From Candidatus Nomurabacteria bacterium (GTDB lineage: Bacteria; Patescibacteriota; Minisyncoccia; Phycocordibacterales; UBA918), in the NCBI GenBank assembly GCA_020632095.1, contig JACKGF010000001.1:444937-508936 (forward strand): 64,000 bases of DNA. The letters are read 5' to 3'. This document shows, in pieces, positions 60,601-64,000 of this stretch; the first letter of the stretch is position 1; each line of letters begins with the position of its first letter. Position numbers and translations under genes: made by a program. A model generated the notes under the pieces. The model saw nothing but the letters and a program-made list of their open reading frames with translations. It was not told the origin of the DNA and searched no databases.

Positions 60601-61328
60601 GTGGTACCACTAGTGAGATAAGTAGCATCGGTGGCAATATGCATTGAACCGTCTACCCCACTGCCAGCGTTGCCGTAGACAGTAACCTCTCCGCCAGGGA
60701 TGAAGAGTTTGCCAGTGTTTATATATAGTTTATTGCCAGCGTTGACATCAAACGTAGCCGCCGTGGATGAGGCGTTGTATTGAATGTCGCTGTCATTGTC
60801 GTTATCGTAGAAAGCGAGGTCTCTGATACTGGTGGAGGTACTAGTGGTGGCGCCTTCGTGGGAGATGATGACTCTGTTTTGGTAGATATTTAAGTCAGGA
60901 ATACTGTTCACGGTACTGGAAGACTTAGTGAATATAGAGCCTCGGACAGAAGCATTACCATCTACCCAAGCGACCACTGGTGTGCCCGTTGCCAGTGAAG
61001 AGAACGTGAAGTACCAGTCGCCACTGGCGTCAGTGGTGGTGGAGTGGATAGAAGGTGGAGTTGAAGTACCGACCGCTAGCTTGATAGTTTCAGAAGCAAT
61101 TGGAGTAATACCTTCGTCTGAGTAGAGGGTTCCCGAAACCGTGAGAGCATGAGCTTGGGTTGTAAACAAGAAAAAAAGAAGAGTAGTGAGGGAGAATTTG
61201 AAGAAAGTAGACAGAACGGAAGATGTTCCAACTTTATTATCACAAGTTAAAGTGTTTTTGAAACAGCCAAACAAATCAGAGAAAATCTGACTGAAGGTAT
61301 TTTTTAGTTTTGGATTAAAATTTATCAT
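54643..61328 (-). pseudogene. giant Asp-box repeat surface protein gene (~6.7 kb) broken into at least 7 ORFs by frame breaks
   Basis: signal peptide at the 61328 end; dozens of ~37-aa repeats TNRVMTSPDGITWTARSAAEANSWxSVTYGNGLFVAV (S-x-D-x-G-x-T-W); overlapping ORFs 59718-61328, 57469-59742, 57224-57499, 57060-57293, 56303-56914, 56091-56342 and 54643-56220; Gly-rich C-terminus. Confidence 0.6.
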
Positions 61329-61335
61329 AATTTAC

Positions 61336-64000
61336 CTATTGGTTTGATGTTTCAACTACTACTTCGGGGACTTCTGGTAACAATTCTTCGACTTCCATCT
61401 CTGGCTCTTCGACTACTTCCTCTATTACTTCTGGCTCTGTATTTTCCTCTTCTATTTCTATCGGGGTCTCATCCTCAACTATCTCCCCTACTTCCTCAAC
61501 CACACTTTCCTCATTCACCACTTCTACTTCGACTGTTTCCTCCTCGGTCTCCTCGCCAGTCGTGTAACTTTCTTCCTCTGGTATAACTTCTTCAGGTGGA
61601 GGCGGCGGAGGTGTACTATCCTCCACCACCGTCGTTCCACCGCCGCCTCCACCACTCGACTCTTGACTCTTATTAAGGATTTGTCGCAAATCATCGGCGT
61701 TGACACAAACCCCATCGACACACAATTCCTCCCTCACCTCCACCCGCTCCGCCTTCAAAGTAAACACCGACAACACTCCATCAATAAAGTTATTAGCCAG
61801 CTTCACCATGCGTTGCCAGACGGTTTCTTTGGTGTTGGTGGTGATAGCTTGATTAGTGTAATCAGTCGCCGTGGTACTCGCGGTCATCAGAAGTGAAGCC
61901 AACATATTTTGTCCTTGTGCATCAAAGTAACGGTAACCAGCCTGCACAAACATCACCACCTGCCCTACCTGCACTGTTTGGTTGTTGGCGAGTTTGAGTT
62001 TCTGGCTTGGGGTTCTTGCTAATTTATCTAGAGCCGCTTTTTGAGCCGCTGCGAGAGCAAGAGCTTCCGCTTCTTTGATACGGGCGTCAGTGGTGGTGGC
62101 AATTAATGGTACACACGCTTCTTCCCCCGAGGCGTTACCCGCTCCAAAGTAGCAACCGTCGTTGATACGCGGGTCATTGTCACGGTTGATTGGCGTGAAG
62201 ACTGGTTCTACTAGGTCATCACCAAACTGATTAATATATGTATTGGAATATTTACGAGTATCATCAAAGTCTTCCAGCGCAATACCGATAGTGACTCCAG
62301 TACTGGTCGCTTTCATGGCGATACCTGGTAGTGAAGACATCATCAGTTGATCACCTTTCTTGATTGGTCCAGCTTCGGTAGAGAGCTTAACTGGCACACG
62401 TCCTGATAGAGCGACTGGGAAGGCAGTTTCACCGGCGTTGAGTGAAGTGTCGTCTGATCCAAGCAAGAGACCCGGCTTGGTGGAGACGACTCCGAGGATT
62501 GGCGTGGTACTGTCCTTGGTGGCACGATTGATCGAGAGACCACCGGCTAGCGTGACGATTTCACCTGGTTCTAGGTCGGCACTGGAGAAATAGTTTTCAG
62601 CCAAGTCGGAGTTACCGGCGTAGGTAGAGACGGAAGCAATCCGGCCTTTGACGGTAGCTAAACAACTACCATCATCATCAACACAGAGTCCACCGTTACC
62701 AATCTGGAGTCCAGCCCATTTGCTGGTGGTGCCGTCACCAATGGTGGTAGTACCGTGAGCAGAGACGGTAAAGACGGAGGTACCACCGTTTTGGAAGTCG
62801 AGGTATTTGGAGGTGGTACTAGAGAAGCTACCACCGGAGTTACCGAAGTTCATCAGAAGACCAGTGCCAGTGAAGGTAGAGGAAGCGTGGAAGAGTTTCA
62901 TCAGAGCCGCACTGGTGATGTATGAAGAATAACCACGGATAGCGTTACCTTGGGAGGTACCGTCAGTTTGACCGTAGATACCAGCCGGTTCGAAAGTTCC
63001 ACCAGCATCTCCAGCTGTAGTACCACGAACCCCGAAAGTCCGAGCAAAGCCAGAGAGCGCAGTGTTTTCGCCTTGGGTGTTGGTGCCACGGTCGGTTTGG
63101 ACTTCGAGACCACGGATGGTGTTGCCGTAGACGGTGCTGTCTTTGATGCGGAACATGCTACCGACGGTAGTAGTAGTGGCAGTGTTGGCAGTGTTCAAGT
63201 AGAAGCGATTACCGTACTGGACGGCTGAGGCGACGCTGTTTTGCGTGTCGAGGTATTGATCGAGACCGACCACGCCCGCCCCCGAGAAGGCGGTGTTTTG
63301 GATTGATAATCTTGCGTTAGGAGATGAAGTTCCTATCCCAATATTACCAGTTGAAAGAGTAGTACCAGTACCATCAACCCCCGTACCAAAGATAAGGTTA
63401 CCGATATTTAACACATCATCAGCTGTTGTACTAAAAGCGTCGATGTCGTAACCAATGAAGATACCGCGGTCGACAGTGAGGGCATTGTCGGCGGTTTTGT
63501 ATCCGATGGCGATAGTGCCGGTACCGTTGTTGTTGTAGAGAGTATTGTATCCAAGAGCGTTGTTAAACGAACCGGTAATGTTTGCAATTAAAGCTCCGTT
63601 ACCAAATGAGTTGTTGTTGCCTCCTGAAGTGTTTGAGAATAAAGAAGCGTAACCAAAAGCTGTGTTGTTGCTTCCGGTGGTGTTTGAGTAGAGGGCTGAG
63701 TTACCAAATGAGTTGTTGTTGCTTCCGGTGGTGTTTGAGTAAAGGGCTTGTATACCAAAGGCATTACTGGAAGAACCAGTGGTGTTTTGGTGTAGCGTGT
63801 TATAGCCAATAGCATTGTTGAATGAACCAGAAGTGTTTGAATGTAGGGATTCAAAGCCAAGAGCATTGTTTCCTGAACCACTCATACCAACTCCTTGTAA
63901 GGCTTCTAAACCGACGGCGAAGTTATTATCTCCATCGACTAGATTACTCATAGCTCCGTCTCCAATAGCGTAGTTGTAGGTGGCGCCGTTGGTGAAAGAG
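61336..64000 (-). CDS. tail-fibre-like repeat protein (partial; N-terminus outside the window)
   Basis: degenerate ~14-aa repeats (NNAxGYNTLxxNTTGS...); poly-Gly and poly-Pro linkers; acidic C-terminal tail; the frame continues past 63951 to the window edge. Confidence 0.55.
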   Translation of the reverse strand, partial: SFTNGATYNYAIGDGAMSNLVDGDNNFAVGLEALQGVGMSGSGNNALGFESLHSNTSGSFNNAIGYNTLHQNTTGSSSNAFGIQALYSNTTGSNNNSFGNSALYSNTTGSNNTAFGYASLFSNTSGGNNNSFGNGALIANITGSFNNALGYNTLYNNNGTGTIAIGYKTADNALTVDRGIFIGYDIDAFSTTADDVLNIGNLIFGTGVDGTGTTLSTGNIGIGTSSPNARLSIQNTAFSGAGVVGLDQYLDTQNSVASAVQYGNRFYLNTANTATTTTVGSMFRIKDSTVYGNTIRGLEVQTDRGTNTQGENTALSGFARTFGVRGTTAGDAGGTFEPAGIYGQTDGTSQGNAIRGYSSYITSAALMKLFHASSTFTGTGLLMNFGNSGGSFSSTTSKYLDFQNGGTSVFTVSAHGTTTIGDGTTSKWAGLQIGNGGLCVDDDGSCLATVKGRIASVSTYAGNSDLAENYFSSADLEPGEIVTLAGGLSINRATKDSTTPILGVVSTKPGLLLGSDDTSLNAGETAFPVALSGRVPVKLSTEAGPIKKGDQLMMSSLPGIAMKATSTGVTIGIALEDFDDTRKYSNTYINQFGDDLVEPVFTPINRDNDPRINDGCYFGAGNASGEEACVPLIATTTDARIKEAEALALAAAQKAALDKLARTPSQKLKLANNQTVQVGQVVMFVQAGYRYFDAQGQNMLASLLMTASTTATDYTNQAITTNTKETVWQRMVKLANNFIDGVLSVFTLKAERVEVREELCVDGVCVNADDLRQILNKSQESSGGGGGGTTVVEDSTPPPPPPEEVIPEEESYTTGEETEEETVEVEVVNEESVVEEVGEIVEDETPIEIEEENTEPEVIEEVVEEPEMEVEELLPEVPEVVVETSNQ

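Noticed and set aside
1-64000. Alternative genetic code (UGA or UAG recoding as in some CPR)
   Set aside because: Confidently identified genes end in TAA (rpsP, rnr, dnaE), TAG (thrS) and TGA (PfkB kinase, RAYT). RF1 with its PAT motif is encoded. The standard code fits.

Overview
This 64 kb window looks like a compact, AT-rich bacterial chromosome segment with the reduced gene architectures typical of CPR/Patescibacteria-like genomes. Evidence for that includes a split transketolase, short PheS, PheT and ThrRS, no rimM in the rpsP-trmD operon, a non-zinc L31, and many type IV pilins and surface proteins. This lineage assignment is inference only.

Core genes are well supported by motifs: trmD, rpsP, rnr, an SMC-like ATPase, rnc, a nusB-Nudix fusion, rpmF, rnhB, dnaE, thrS, gyrB, pheST, tsf, rpsB, prfA, rpmE, rplY, gap, rpiB, rpe and tkt. 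There is one tRNA-Thr(UGU). Stop codons TAA, TAG and TGA are all used and RF1 is present, so the standard genetic code applies.

Accessory content worth a second look:
1. An IS200-like Y1 transposase (RAYT-like) flanked by three copies of a 21-nt REP-like palindrome, with a passenger gene.
2. A perfect, non-coding tandem array of about 7.6 copies of a 99 bp unit (37066-37818), lying between the tRNA-Thr terminator and the start of a processive GT2 synthase gene. It is not a CRISPR array, because the copies are identical and there are no spacers.
3. A roughly 15 kb surface-protein island (49-64 kb). It holds a four-gene secreted cassette with two paralogs, an SH3b protein, a roughly 6.7 kb Asp-box repeat gene broken by at least six frame breaks, and a partial tail-fibre-like repeat protein.
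4. A sortase next to a 1240-aa DUF11-like surface protein, and a PEP-CTERM-like protein.
5. Several unusually long intergenic hairpins and repeat-rich leaders, upstream of dnaE and between dnaE and thrS.
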